64,000 nt of DNA from Candidatus Latescibacterota bacterium (GTDB taxonomy: Bacteria > Latescibacterota > UBA2968 > UBA8231), in assembly GCA_963422735.1 (NCBI GenBank), contig OY730476.1, positions 3,072,001 to 3,136,000 on the forward strand, read 5' to 3'. Under the pieces are notes generated by a model, which saw only the letters and a list, made by a program, of their open reading frames with translations, was not told where the DNA came from and searched no databases. This document shows, in pieces, positions 63,481 through 64,000 of this stretch; the first letter of the stretch is position 1, and each line of letters starts with the position of its first letter. The translations under genes and the position numbers were made by a program.

Positions 63481-64000
63481 AAATCAGCTTTACGACGTTG
63501 GGCTGTCCAGATTGGGACTTGAATACCATTTGCCGCCGGGGCAGCGAATACGGCTACGATGGCGTCGATTTTCGCGGTTTGCAGGAGACGATGGACGTTA
63601 CCCAATTGCCCGCCTTCACCAGCGGGGTCGCCCATACCCGACGGCAGCTAGCAGATGCCGGCATGGAGGTGTCGGGGATCAGTTCCAGCATCCGGGTCTG
63701 TGTGCCGGAGAAGCTAAAGGAGAACGTAGAGGAAGCGCGGCGCTCGATCCCGGTGGCCAATGCGTTGGGCTGCGGAGCGATCCGGGTCTTTGGCGGCGGC
63801 GACTCCAAGACCTATTCCAAGGAGGAGCTGGCCGACATCGGGCGGGAGACGATGGAACAGATTCTCGAATTGGATGGAGCCTGCCAACTCAAGTGGCTTT
63901 TTGAGACCCACGATGAGTGGATCAAGGCGGTGGAGTGCAAGCTGCTGCTCGACCGCATTCCGAACGAGGCCTTCGGCGTACTCTGGGATATGGGCCATAC
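63477..64000 (+). CDS. sugar phosphate isomerase/epimerase (TIM barrel), runs off the window end
   Basis: MKISFTTLGCPDW, GYDGV, IRVFGG, ETHD, LWD.GH; ATGA overlap with previous stop. Confidence 0.85.
   Translation, partial: MKISFTTLGCPDWDLNTICRRGSEYGYDGVDFRGLQETMDVTQLPAFTSGVAHTRRQLADAGMEVSGISSSIRVCVPEKLKENVEEARRSIPVANALGCGAIRVFGGGDSKTYSKEELADIGRETMEQILELDGACQLKWLFETHDEWIKAVECKLLLDRIPNEAFGVLWDMGH

Overview
Bacterial chromosome segment just downstream of the probable replication origin. It opens with dnaN-recF-dciA-gyrB-gyrA and three tRNAs (Ser-TGA, Ser-GCT, Gln-CTG). The remaining ~56 kb is accessory catabolic and envelope genes: a sugar ABC importer, three sulfatases, secreted proteins with FlgD-Ig/T9SS-like C-terminal domains, squalene synthase, cfa, fabV, PQQ-ankyrin proteins and a Lol/MacB-like exporter. 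Gene style suggests an FCB-superphylum organism such as Latescibacterota, possibly host-associated (inference only). Main observations: (1) a ~48-bp palindromic, apparently mobile mini-element in three copies, one inserted exactly in frame in a sulfatase gene, one nested in a larger palindromic repeat and one beside a truncated gene; (2) a strong CCWGG-depletion / CTTGG-CCAAG-CTAGG-enrichment signature consistent with unrepaired Dcm-type 5mC deamination; (3) a tandem pair of PQQ-dehydrogenase-ankyrin fusion genes; (4) about nine pseudogenes plus several 9-13 bp tandem duplications; (5) a decaying defence locus with an HsdR_N nuclease fused to a SeqA-like tail. All family assignments come from motif recognition by eye; no searches were run.
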